64,000 nucleotides of DNA, from contig MTND01000026.1 in assembly GCA_002010305.1 (NCBI GenBank), forward strand, positions 78,236 to 142,235. Reading direction: 5' to 3'. Source of the stretch: Archaeoglobi archaeon JdFR-42. GTDB taxonomy: Archaea > Halobacteriota > Archaeoglobi > Archaeoglobales > JdFR-42. This document shows positions 49,913 to 58,740 of this stretch, piece after piece. Each line of letters starts with the position of its first letter. The first letter of the stretch is position 1. Both the position numbers and the translations under genes were made by a program. The notes under the pieces were generated by a model. It saw nothing but the letters and a program-made list of their open reading frames with translations, was not told where the DNA came from and ran no database searches.

Positions 49913-50944
49913 TCAAATAGAGCCTTCCAGAAGAGCAGATTTTCCATATTCTGTAATTGAATACACCACTCTATCGTCTTTTTTGGTAGCAATAACAAGG
50001 CCCATACTTTCCAGTTCTTTGAGATGCTGGTATATAGCCTGAAAAGAGATTTCCTTTATATGAGACATCCATTTCCATAAGACGTACCCATGAGACGGGT
50101 TTCTATAGAGGTTTCTCAGAATCATAAGCTTGGTTTCTGTAAGAGAGTGTGTGTGAGATTTAAAGCGGCCTGCCACTATACAAACGATTGAATTTCCCTT
50201 TACTTTTCTTGCACCAGCATATGAGGCAGATGCAGAAGCACTGGCTAATATTCCTTCCTTTGCAAGATTCTCCTGGGCTTCAAGGATTTCCTTCTCGTTA
50301 ACATATACTAGCTTAACCATTCCTTTCTCTTGTAGCTGCATTACCTCTTTAAGGAAGTGATTATGTCCAACCAGATAGGATGCGATGCTCGAATCTTTGC
50401 CAGTAGATGATTCTGGCATCACCCCGAAAAACATAGGTGATTTCTTAGCTAGACCCATATTAACCATCTCAATGCTGGCTCTAACACTCATAACTAGGTG
50501 GCTCCCACTCCCTACCGGCAATACAACTGATTCAGGTTCTATCTCTTCAAGAATCTCGTAGGTGGTTGTCTTCTCTCCCACATGCATGTTCAGGTTACGA
50601 AGGAGAGTATCTTCTTCTTCCTTAGCTGTTTTTGCACCCAAAAGTAGAAGAGGTAGATTTGTTTCACTGGTCACAAATTCAATACCAGCTTTAGAACAAT
50701 ATGAAGCAAGAGAGACAATACGATCGTAATCCCAGTTGCACACAATTTTGTTTTTGCCAGTACTCTTAAGATACGATACAAAAAAAGCAGAAAATCTATC
50801 TTCAAAACTTCCTGTAGGATTTATGCGCTCATCCTTGATGAATATACCATTTGAATCCTCATAGAGTGGTGTGCCTCCTTCTCCAAGAGTCAATTGGTAT
50901 TTAAGAGAAGGAAGGAGTTCCCTATATTTCCATATGCCCTTCAC
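49913..50944 (-). CDS. Threonine-synthase-like (fold-type II PLP) domain lacking the catalytic Lys, fused to a PadR-type wHTH; putative transcriptional regulator
   Basis: 343 aa with a GTG start. ThrC-like features are 'WKYRELLP', 'LGEGGTPL', 'NPTGSFEDRF' (E48 where the canonical sequence is SFKDR) and 'PVGSGS'. The C-terminal 'NPSHGYVLWKWM...IYQHLKELESMGLV...YSITEYG' is PadR-like. Confidence 0.8.
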   Translation of the reverse strand: MKGIWKYRELLPSLKYQLTLGEGGTPLYEDSNGIFIKDERINPTGSFEDRFSAFFVSYLKSTGKNKIVCNWDYDRIVSLASYCSKAGIEFVTSETNLPLLLLGAKTAKEEEDTLLRNLNMHVGEKTTTYEILEEIEPESVVLPVGSGSHLVMSVRASIEMVNMGLAKKSPMFFGVMPESSTGKDSSIASYLVGHNHFLKEVMQLQEKGMVKLVYVNEKEILEAQENLAKEGILASASASASYAGARKVKGNSIVCIVAGRFKSHTHSLTETKLMILRNLYRNPSHGYVLWKWMSHIKEISFQAIYQHLKELESMGLVIATKKDDRVVYSITEYGKSALLEGSI

Positions 50945-50958
50945 AATGCAACATATTT

Positions 50959-50975
50959 CTTAAATACTATTAAAG
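50959..50975. promoter_or_regulatory. Imperfect 17-bp palindrome in the 55-bp divergent spacer between the regulator gene and pdxS
   Basis: In 'CTTAAATA-C-TATTAAAG', 7 of 8 arm positions are complementary. It overlaps the positions where TATA boxes are expected for both divergent, probably leaderless genes. Confidence 0.3.
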
Positions 50976-50999
50976 TGTTTACTTGAATAGGTGAAGTAC

Positions 51000-51902
51000 A
51001 TGATAGTGGAACTGGAAAAACTGAGACATGGAACTGAACTGCTCAAACGGGGATTTGCCAAAATGCAAAAAGGTGGAGTGATAATGGATGTAACCACCCC
51101 TGAGCAGGCCCAGATAGCTGAAGATGCTGGAGCAGTGGCTGTGATGGCTTTGCACAGAGTTCCTGCTGATATACGAGCCGTAGGAGGAGTGGCAAGGATG
51201 GCTGATCCAAAGATTATTCAGGCTATAATGGATGCAGTCACGATTCCTGTCATGGCAAAGGTCAGAATAGGTCATTTTGCTGAAGCCCAAATCCTTGAAG
51301 CTCTTGGAGTTGACATGATCGACGAATCTGAAGTCCTTACTCCCGCAGATGAGATGTTTCATATAGACAAGAGACAGTTCAAAGTGCCATTTGTATGTGG
51401 AGCCAGAAATCTTGGAGAGGCTTTGAGAAGGATAGACGAAGGTGCTGCTATGATTAGAACCAAGGGAGAGGCTGGAACAGGAAATGTTGCAGAGGCTGTA
51501 CGCCATATGCGTCTAATCATGGGTGCAATACGAGAGCTGAAAGGAAAGAGTGAAGAAGAGCTCAAAGCATATGCCAGAAAAATCGAAGCACCTTATGAGC
51601 TGGTTGTAGAGACAGCAGATCTCCAGAGATTGCCCGTGGTTAATTTCGCTGCTGGTGGAATAGCCACTCCAGCCGATGCTTCTTTGATGATGCAGCTTGG
51701 TGCTGATGGTGTGTTCGTAGGATCAGGTATATTCAAATCTGAGAACCCAGAAAGGATGGCCAATGCCATTGTGGAAGCTGTAAATTACCATGACGATCCA
51801 TATACTCTCGCTGAAATTTCCAAAGGTCTTGGCGAGCCCATGAAGGGTATAGATATTCGAGAGCTGTCTGAAGAAGAGAAACTTCAGACCCGAGGAATAT
51901 AA
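51000..51902 (+). CDS. pdxS: Pyridoxal 5'-phosphate synthase, synthase subunit
   Basis: 'KGGVIMDV', '[13 protein letters not shown]', '[11 protein letters not shown]' and '[10 protein letters not shown]' are present. I chose the ATG at 51000. Confidence 0.96.
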   Translation: MIVELEKLRHGTELLKRGFAKMQKGGVIMDVTTPEQAQIAEDAGAVAVMALHRVPADIRAVGGVARMADPKIIQAIMDAVTIPVMAKVRIGHFAEAQILEALGVDMIDESEVLTPADEMFHIDKRQFKVPFVCGARNLGEALRRIDEGAAMIRTKGEAGTGNVAEAVRHMRLIMGAIRELKGKSEEELKAYARKIEAPYELVVETADLQRLPVVNFAAGGIATPADASLMMQLGADGVFVGSGIFKSENPERMANAIVEAVNYHDDPYTLAEISKGLGEPMKGIDIRELSEEEKLQTRGI

Positions 51903-52508
51903 ATGCGGATAGCTGTCGTTGGAGTCCAAGGAGATGTAGAAGAGCACATTATAGCCACTAAAAAAGCTATGGATGCTGAAGGACTTAAAGGAGAAGTAAT
52001 TCCCGTCAGAAAGCAGGGTGTTGTACCTGACTCGGATGGAATAATAATTCCCGGTGGAGAGAGCACAACCATCTCTCGGCTTATTTTTAGAGAAGGTATC
52101 GCAGAAGAAATACTGGCCTTAGCAAACAACGATGTCCCAGTTATGGGAACATGTGCAGGACTGATAACTCTTGCAAAACATGGAGATGAGGAGGTAAAAA
52201 AAACTGGACAAAAATTGCTTAGACTTATGGATGTACAAGTTAAAAGAAATGCCTTCGGAAGACAGCGTGAGAGTTTCGAGGTCCCTCTAGAGGTTAAAAA
52301 CATAGGCATATATCCTGCGGTATTTATTCGAGCCCCTGCTATCGTTGGAGTCGGAAAAGAGGTGGAGGTGTTAGCAACTTTCGAAGACTTTGTGGTTGGA
52401 GCCAGACAAGACAACATTATTTCTTTCGCTTTTCACCCTGAATTAACAGATGATCTGAGAATTCACAGATACTTCTTGGCCATGTGTAAAACAGCATCTC
52501 GACAATAA
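51903..52508 (+). CDS. pdxT: Pyridoxal 5'-phosphate synthase, glutaminase subunit
   Basis: 201 aa with 'PGGESTT', 'GTCAG' and 'FHPE'. It starts one nt after the pdxS stop. Confidence 0.93.
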   Translation: MRIAVVGVQGDVEEHIIATKKAMDAEGLKGEVIPVRKQGVVPDSDGIIIPGGESTTISRLIFREGIAEEILALANNDVPVMGTCAGLITLAKHGDEEVKKTGQKLLRLMDVQVKRNAFGRQRESFEVPLEVKNIGIYPAVFIRAPAIVGVGKEVEVLATFEDFVVGARQDNIISFAFHPELTDDLRIHRYFLAMCKTASRQ

Positions 52509-52529
52509 AGTTAATGAGTATCCATTCAA

Positions 52530-53111
52530 TTATCTCTTTTTAAACCCTTTGGCCACCACATAAATCTCGGCACTTTCTTTTCGTGATGCTTTTGGTCCGT
52601 GAAGTTTCACAAAGTAAAATTTACTTTTTACCTCTCTTACATAGGAAGGGAGCAGATCTCCTTGGAACACCTTGACCACAAAATTTCCTTTCTCTTTAAG
52701 CAAATTTTCCGCAATTTTCAGAGCATTCTCAGCCAGAAAAATCGATCTTGCATGATCATAACTCCATCGTCCAGAAAGATTTGGAGATGCATCGCATATA
52801 ACGACATCTGCTTCCTTGACTATCTCTTTCAACTGATTCAGAGTCTCTTCGTTGGTTATATCACCTCTTAAAAATTCAACACCATCTAGGGGAGGCATTG
52901 GAGAGATGTCCACCGCAACAACTTTTCCTGAAGTTATTTCTGAAGCAACCTGGCTCCACCCTCCTGGAGATGCCCCAAGATCAACAACAATACTTTCAGA
53001 CCCTATGACCTTGAATTTCTTATTAATTTGCTTCAGCTTAAAAGCAGCCCTTGATCTGTATCCTTCCTTTTTTGCAAGTTTAAAATAGTAATCTTTCATC
53101 TTCCGGGCCAT
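52530..53111 (-). CDS. rlmE: 23S rRNA (uridine-2'-O)-methyltransferase RlmE/FtsJ
   Basis: 193 aa with 'YRSRAAFKL', 'VVDLGASPGGWSQV' and 'DASPNLSG'. Confidence 0.9.
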   Translation of the reverse strand: MARKMKDYYFKLAKKEGYRSRAAFKLKQINKKFKVIGSESIVVDLGASPGGWSQVASEITSGKVVAVDISPMPPLDGVEFLRGDITNEETLNQLKEIVKEADVVICDASPNLSGRWSYDHARSIFLAENALKIAENLLKEKGNFVVKVFQGDLLPSYVREVKSKFYFVKLHGPKASRKESAEIYVVAKGFKKR

Positions 53112-53116
53112 ACTGT

Positions 53117-53620
53117 CTATTCCACCGCCTTTTGACCCTTTTCCTTTACAGCATTTAATGTTTTCTGGAATTCATGAAGAAATATAGAGGCTACTTTTTC
53201 TATTTCATCCATAAACTCCTCTGTTACCTTCATCCCCTTTTCATACCCAGGACATTCTACAAGAGGGGATAGACGTATTGCTACTTCGTCAGTATACTGA
53301 ACGCTGTGGATTTTGAATGGAAGCAGTCGGCAGACAATTGGTTTTACTTCATTGATCTTACATGTCAGATCATCCTTCAGGAAGATGCATTTATTTTTTT
53401 CTTTTTTCAAATAAAAATTTTGATCTGATTCATTGAACACATAAAAGTCATCGTAACTTTTCCCAATACGTTTTATATCCTGAAGTGTGAGAACTATTTC
53501 CCTTCTGCAACATCTTGCATGGCATTCTTCAAATAGACAGCTCCATCTGGAAATCTGGGTGTCTATGGTAATCATAGATGTTATTATCCTGCTTTTTCGC
53601 TTTATAGTTTTTGTTCCCAT
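53117..53620 (-). CDS. YkgJ-family cysteine-cluster (CxxCxxCC-like) protein
   Basis: 167 aa with 'CLFEECHARCCR' and further Cys residues at 'CIFL', 'CKI', 'CRLLPF' and 'ECPG'. Confidence 0.65.
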   Translation of the reverse strand: MGTKTIKRKSRIITSMITIDTQISRWSCLFEECHARCCRREIVLTLQDIKRIGKSYDDFYVFNESDQNFYLKKEKNKCIFLKDDLTCKINEVKPIVCRLLPFKIHSVQYTDEVAIRLSPLVECPGYEKGMKVTEEFMDEIEKVASIFLHEFQKTLNAVKEKGQKAVE

Positions 53621-53653
53621 AATGATTATATGGTTGAAAGAAAGCTTTAATAT

Positions 53654-54790
53654 GTGTCCAGATGTGAGGAAATAGGTTTATATGCAGGAAAAGGCACCAG
53701 TCATTCCTGGTTATGGTTTGTAGAGTGCCTTGAAAAATTTACTCCTTCAATTCGTTTGCTGGATGAGACCGATATCAGAAAGAAAAATTTAGAGTCCATA
53801 TCCGTCATTATTATCCCAGGGGGGGATACCATTTCCATGGCTCATGCCATGGGGAAAGATGGGTTATCTTATTTACATAATCTGATTAAATCTGGAGCCA
53901 CGTATATGGGATCATGTGCCGGTGCCTATTTACCATTAAAATCTTCCCTTAAACCCCTTTCTCATTTCAACCTTGTCCGGTTGAAAGTAGAAAATCTGGT
54001 TAAAGATCTTCCCATATCAATTGCTCAAGAATACAAATTCTCCGTACCATACGGATGCAGATATGTTATTCATCCAGTGCGAGGAGAAATGGCCCTCGAG
54101 ATGGATGGTTCAATCATCCATGCTCCTTTGTATGGTGGACCTTCATTTTCCTCTATAAATGGAGATGGAGGCATTAAAATCCTAGCCCGCTATTGTAGTT
54201 TTACGTCAGGTACCGAATTTCTGGTAGATAGAGATACAGCCTCATCTATGCTAATTGGTAAGCCAGCTGTGGTGAAATTTTCATGTGGTAGCGGTGATGT
54301 TTACTTACTAGGGCCTCATCTCGAGCACCCCTCCACTAAAGAGGGGAATCAATGGATTCGGGTCATTTTAAGTCCTAAAATTACAACAAACCAAGACGAC
54401 ACATCAGAAATTGGTGTACGAAGAAATTTAACCACTTTGGCCAGTGTCATTTCAGATCTAATGGTAGCAGGAACTTCTTTTTATTCCATGCCTATCTTCT
54501 GGAAGATAGGAATAAAGACATGGGAGCCTGAGAAACTCCATTATTTTATAGATGCCATATGGAAAAGGCTGAAATGGCTTATAAAACTTGGATGGATGGT
54601 AGAAATCAATGAGAGTGAACATCTGGAAAAGATTGCAGGAGAAGTATTGAGCATGGTGAAAGAAATACGATCCATAGTAAAAGATGGAAAGAGTGCAAGA
54701 GAAGAGGCAGAGATCATGTTTGAGAGATGTCGCATCTTGACAAAACTATTCCTTGAAAACTATTTTGCTACCAGGCAGATAGTATGGTGA
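53654..54790 (+). CDS. BPL_N-like (class I glutamine-amidotransferase-fold) domain protein, function unknown
   Basis: 378 aa. 'IGLYAGKGTSHS...IIPGGDT...GATYMGSCAGAYL' resembles the N-terminal domain of eukaryote-type biotin protein ligases. It has a GTG start. Confidence 0.5.
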   Translation: MSRCEEIGLYAGKGTSHSWLWFVECLEKFTPSIRLLDETDIRKKNLESISVIIIPGGDTISMAHAMGKDGLSYLHNLIKSGATYMGSCAGAYLPLKSSLKPLSHFNLVRLKVENLVKDLPISIAQEYKFSVPYGCRYVIHPVRGEMALEMDGSIIHAPLYGGPSFSSINGDGGIKILARYCSFTSGTEFLVDRDTASSMLIGKPAVVKFSCGSGDVYLLGPHLEHPSTKEGNQWIRVILSPKITTNQDDTSEIGVRRNLTTLASVISDLMVAGTSFYSMPIFWKIGIKTWEPEKLHYFIDAIWKRLKWLIKLGWMVEINESEHLEKIAGEVLSMVKEIRSIVKDGKSAREEAEIMFERCRILTKLFLENYFATRQIVW

Positions 54791-54794
54791 TTAG

Positions 54795-55280
54795 ATGAGA
54801 CGGGTACGACATATTCACCTAGGTGAGCTGAATTCCCTGTGGTACTGGACAAAAGCTAAAAATCCTCTTGTGGTCACAAGAAATTATGTTGTAGTTGCCA
54901 TATGTCGTATTTTACCTTCATTACGGTTAAAAAATATACTGTATAGGTCTATTGGGGTTAAAGTTGGTAGGCATGTTTCTTTTGGGCTTGAATCCACTAT
55001 AGATATCTTTTTTCCTGAATTGATCGAAATAGGAGATAACACCATAATCGGATATAACTCAGTTATTTTGGCTCATGAATTTCTTAGAAATGAGCTGAGA
55101 GTAGGTGAAGTGGTTATTGGGAGAGATGTTACTATCGGAACCAATGTGACAATTCTTCCTGGAATTGAAATTGGAGATGGAGCTGTAGTGTCCTCTAACT
55201 CACTGGTAAACCGGGATGTACCACCCTATACCATGGTCGGTGGAGTTCCTGCAAGAGTGATAAAAACCTTAAAAAATTGA
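54795..55280 (+). CDS. Hexapeptide-repeat (left-handed beta-helix) acyl/acetyltransferase
   Basis: 161 aa with the repeats 'IGDNTIIGYNSVI', 'IGRDVTIGTNVTI' and 'IGDGAVVSSNSLV'. Confidence 0.8.
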   Translation: MRRVRHIHLGELNSLWYWTKAKNPLVVTRNYVVVAICRILPSLRLKNILYRSIGVKVGRHVSFGLESTIDIFFPELIEIGDNTIIGYNSVILAHEFLRNELRVGEVVIGRDVTIGTNVTILPGIEIGDGAVVSSNSLVNRDVPPYTMVGGVPARVIKTLKN

Positions 55281-55395
55281 GATGGCATAAAGGAGTGAAA
55301 ATATTTATAATCATTAAGGTTTTGGCTTTTCTTAAATTTTGCAAAGTTTTTCACACATTAAGAGCTATGCACTCCCTTTCTCCTATATTTTCTAA

Positions 55396-55908
55396 TTAAT
55401 ATTTAAGTTCAAATATCTCAAATTTCTCTTTTCTGGCTCGACATATAGGGCAAATGGGAGGAGGATCAGGTCTCGCACACAAATACCCACATACAGTACA
55501 TCTCCAGACCAGAACCTTTTCATCTCCTTTTATCTCCTTTATTATCTGAGATGAAATATCTCTATTTTTCTTTTTTGTAGATCTCCTTTCAGGAATCGCA
55601 TCGAGCCTCCTCTCACCGCTCACGTATCTTTCATCCACGTACAAAGCACAGTAACACCTTCCATATTCCTCAAGATCTGGATCACGATATTCACACGGAC
55701 ATATTATATCAAAGTCCTCAATTCTGTTGCCTGACGCCAGCCTACATGGGCACGATCTGTATCCATATCGTTTTTCGTTTATGAGTAAACCTTCCAGAAG
55801 CCCCCAGAGGATTTCTCTATCAGGATTCAGAATATATCCTTCTCCATCCGCAATTCCTTTCAATTCATCATACAATTCCTGTATCTCTCTTTCAGGAACT
55901 TTGTCCAT
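55396..55908 (-). CDS. Ferredoxin:thioredoxin-reductase-catalytic-subunit-like domain fused to a rubredoxin-like domain
   Basis: 170 aa. It has the FTRc pattern 'CPCR...CPC...CYC' and a C-terminal 'WRCTVCGY...CPICRA'. Confidence 0.8.
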   Translation of the reverse strand: MDKVPEREIQELYDELKGIADGEGYILNPDREILWGLLEGLLINEKRYGYRSCPCRLASGNRIEDFDIICPCEYRDPDLEEYGRCYCALYVDERYVSGERRLDAIPERRSTKKKNRDISSQIIKEIKGDEKVLVWRCTVCGYLCARPDPPPICPICRARKEKFEIFELKY

Positions 55909-56464
55909 TGAGAGTATGGTATATATCTATAATTATATATGGTTTCTCCGAGATGGATTTTCCTGTTCAAATATATGACTTAGTAATAAATCCCGAACCC
56001 TTAGTGACCTCTGATAGATATGGATTAAAATCCATCATTATGGTGGACAAGGATTTTAACGTAAGGAGAGAATGACCAGATAAAAAGCTTATATAAAAAA
56101 CAAGATAACAGATTTTTTGAGCTATGTTATTCTATGCTTAATATTGCCACTGTCTCCTAATATATATCCAATCCAGATACTTTTACAACCCTATGAGCCT
56201 TGTATATGTAAACGATGTCCATGACTTTAAAAAACAAAGGAGAGGGGAGAAATTAGAAAAACAACCAATGTACCAAAAAATAAATATAGGACAACCCTTT
56301 ACCTGAACTCTGGGATAGTCCAAAATGTAAGGAGGAGTATTGGCAATTTGAAAACTATGGTTTACAATATCCTGTAAGCTTATCTAAAACGGTAAATGCT
56401 GTAGCTGTCGTTGATGGATGGAGTCCTTTGAAGAGCTTGTATCTTGAAATCCCACGTAGAAGGC

Positions 56465-56537
56465 AGCCCCGTGGGGTAGCGGTCAATCCTGCGGGACTCT
56501 GGATCCCGCGACGCCGGTTCGAATCCGGCCGGGGCTA
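56465..56537 (+). tRNA. tRNA-Gln (anticodon CTG)
   Basis: The acceptor stem is AGCCCCG/CGGGGCT with an A1-U72 pair. The anticodon stem is CGGGA/TCCCG with loop CTCTGGA, the T arm is GCCGGTTCGAATCCGGC, and the discriminator is A. Confidence 0.92.
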
Positions 56538-56551
56538 TATTTTTATCTACA

Positions 56552-57340
56552 CTAACATGAATCTCTTTTTCTGAATCTGGCAACTCTACCTGCAATCTTG
56601 GCAGCAGCTACTCCAGCTCCAAATCCATTGTCAATATTAACTGTAACAAGCCCGGGAGAACAGCTCTGTAACATGGAGTAAAGGGCAGCAATACCTCCTG
56701 ACCCGGCTCCATACCCAACAGATACAGGTACACCAACAATAGGAATATCAACGAGTCCTGCCACTACAGATGGCAAAGCCCCTTCCATTCCGGCAGCAAC
56801 GATGGCCACATCCACATCTTCTTCAACTATCCTCTTAACGGCCGGAACAAGCCTGTGAAATCCTGCGACGCCCACATCATAGAACTTTAAAGTTCTACAT
56901 CCCATTTCTTCAGCCACAATTCGGGCTTCTTCAGCAACTCTCACATCAGAGGTTCCACCACAGAGAACCGCTACAACACCACCGTTTAGCTCAACCACAA
57001 AATCCTGCTTTTTAATTACAGCGATTCTTCCCTCCTTATAGAGTTCCAGTCTGTAATCTTTAAAATCTTCAGTCAGGAGATCTATATATTCAGGTTTCAT
57101 TCGTGTGATTATGCAACGGCCTGTCCTTTCAAGGAATCTATAAGTTATGCGTTTGATCTCCTGATAATCCTTGTTTTCTCCATATACTACCTCGGGTATT
57201 CCAGTTCTAACATCCCTTGTTATATCGAGGCATATCTCATCGCTCAGTTTCTCCATCTCAAACAGCTTCACCCGCTTCTCAGCATCTTCGAGAGAGATTC
57301 GCCCTGCAAGGAGGTCTTCCAGAATATCCTTTAAAGTCAT
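56552..57340 (-). CDS. larB: LarB-like pyridinium-3,5-biscarboxylic acid mononucleotide synthase (PurE-related, COG1691)
   Basis: 262 aa. The N-terminal region reads 'ILEDLLAGRISLEDAE...DITRDVRTGIPEVVYG', followed by a PurE-like 'GGTSD...AAGMEGALPSVVAG..D.PIVGVP'. Confidence 0.85.
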   Translation of the reverse strand: MTLKDILEDLLAGRISLEDAEKRVKLFEMEKLSDEICLDITRDVRTGIPEVVYGENKDYQEIKRITYRFLERTGRCIITRMKPEYIDLLTEDFKDYRLELYKEGRIAVIKKQDFVVELNGGVVAVLCGGTSDVRVAEEARIVAEEMGCRTLKFYDVGVAGFHRLVPAVKRIVEEDVDVAIVAAGMEGALPSVVAGLVDIPIVGVPVSVGYGAGSGGIAALYSMLQSCSPGLVTVNIDNGFGAGVAAAKIAGRVARFRKRDSC

Positions 57341-57579
57341 ACTATCACCTAAATATAATCTGTTAAATTCTCATACACTTACCACAGTGACTGTAATCAT
57401 CTTTCGGTAATATTACTTTGCCACCGTAATATATTTCCTTCAATGCTACTACATAATGATTTTCCACGTTGATAGAGAACAAACGAAGAAATACAATTAA
57501 TTGAAATAAGTGGTAAAATCAGTGAAAAAAATATTTAAGGAAATTGAAAATCTAACATGGTTCGAGAGATTCTTGAATC

Positions 57580-58257
57580 TCACTTCATCCTGAGCAATCG
57601 CCGTATATTTTCAGCAGTATATAGAAGAGTCAGCATGAAAGCTATGTGACCAAGAGCAAGAAGACCCCAGAAAACATTTTCAGAGTGATTGTATGCGATG
57701 AATCTTAATCCCGTAAGAATGGAAAAGAGTCTTATTCCCAAACCAGGAGTATACAGATCCAAGAATTCTATTATCACATGGGCCAGTTTACTATATTTCC
57801 ACAACATCACACTAAAGTAGATAGTGACCCCTATAAGTAAACCAGATAGTATCGGGATAACTAGAAAAGGAATTCTCATTTTTTCAAACACCAACCAGAT
57901 TATGGCGAAATATATAAGAGAATCCAGAAATTTTTTGGAGAGTTTAGGTGTAAAACCTTCTCTAACAAGCCTGATGAGTGTATCAGACTCCACTGTTACA
58001 AGTCCTATCCAGAGGACAGAAGTTGCTAGGATAAGAATCCATCTTGCCCTTTCACTTTGGACTACAAAATTGAATAGTCCGATGACATACATAAACAAAA
58101 CTACAGTGATGACTATGGCAATGTGCCATTTTGATGGATTTATTTGCCTGTCAACAAAATCTTTTACACTTTTATTTCCCAGCATAGTATTGAAGTTTAT
58201 AATAGAGAGAGTGGTGAGAGTAACTCCAAAAAATACATAAAGAGGGGGGGCGAACAT
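57580..58257 (-). CDS. Multi-pass membrane protein, unknown family (paralog of 14496..15185)
   Basis: 225 aa. It shares 'LVREGFTPK..FL..LIYFAIIWL..EKM', 'YFSVMLWKYS', 'LDLYTPGLGIRLFSIL' and 'YTAENIRRL' with the ORF at 14496. Confidence 0.7.
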   Translation of the reverse strand: MFAPPLYVFFGVTLTTLSIINFNTMLGNKSVKDFVDRQINPSKWHIAIVITVVLFMYVIGLFNFVVQSERARWILILATSVLWIGLVTVESDTLIRLVREGFTPKLSKKFLDSLIYFAIIWLVFEKMRIPFLVIPILSGLLIGVTIYFSVMLWKYSKLAHVIIEFLDLYTPGLGIRLFSILTGLRFIAYNHSENVFWGLLALGHIAFMLTLLYTAENIRRLLRMK

Positions 58258-58740
58258 TAATTTAAAAATTATTACAATAATACATAAATTTTCTGATAAT
58301 TACAAAAATAGCTACGCAGGCAGATAAATCTTCCACATAGAGGAGGAACCTTTGTTACTATTCTGATGATGAATATGTCAAAAACAGGTGTGAGCCTGTA
58401 ACCATAAAAATCACTTGCTACCCTAACACAATAACCCCTGAAATGTTACCATCAATACTTCCAGCTCGTGACACTGAAGAGATTAGAAGAAAAACAGATA
58501 GAGGTAAACATAACTCCATCAGAAAAAAATAGTCTCTCACATAGACAATACTACTTGTAAGGAGAACAGGTACACCTGTTATCACTTTATCTCTGGGTGA
58601 ATGCTTATCAATCCCATGGCTCTAATTTTTAGTTATCATACCTTCCTGACCTTAATCCATATTATATCAGAAATGAGAGCAATTCTTCCACGAGAAGGAA
58701 TTACTAGGAAATAAGAAGGGTAGAATTTGACATCAAGGTA

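Noticed and set aside
56380-56595. A 71-aa ORF on the minus strand overlapping tRNA-Gln, and likewise the 63-aa ORF at 45912..46103 overlapping tRNA-Ala.
   Set aside because: These ORFs run through well-formed tRNA genes, and their translations have no protein-like features.
58364-58441. A C/D-box sRNA-like pattern on the plus strand, with 'TGATGA' at 58364 and 'CTGA' at 58438.
   Set aside because: The boxes are about 70 nt apart with no internal C'/D' boxes and no terminal stem. Archaeal C/D sRNAs are usually 50 to 60 nt with all four boxes.
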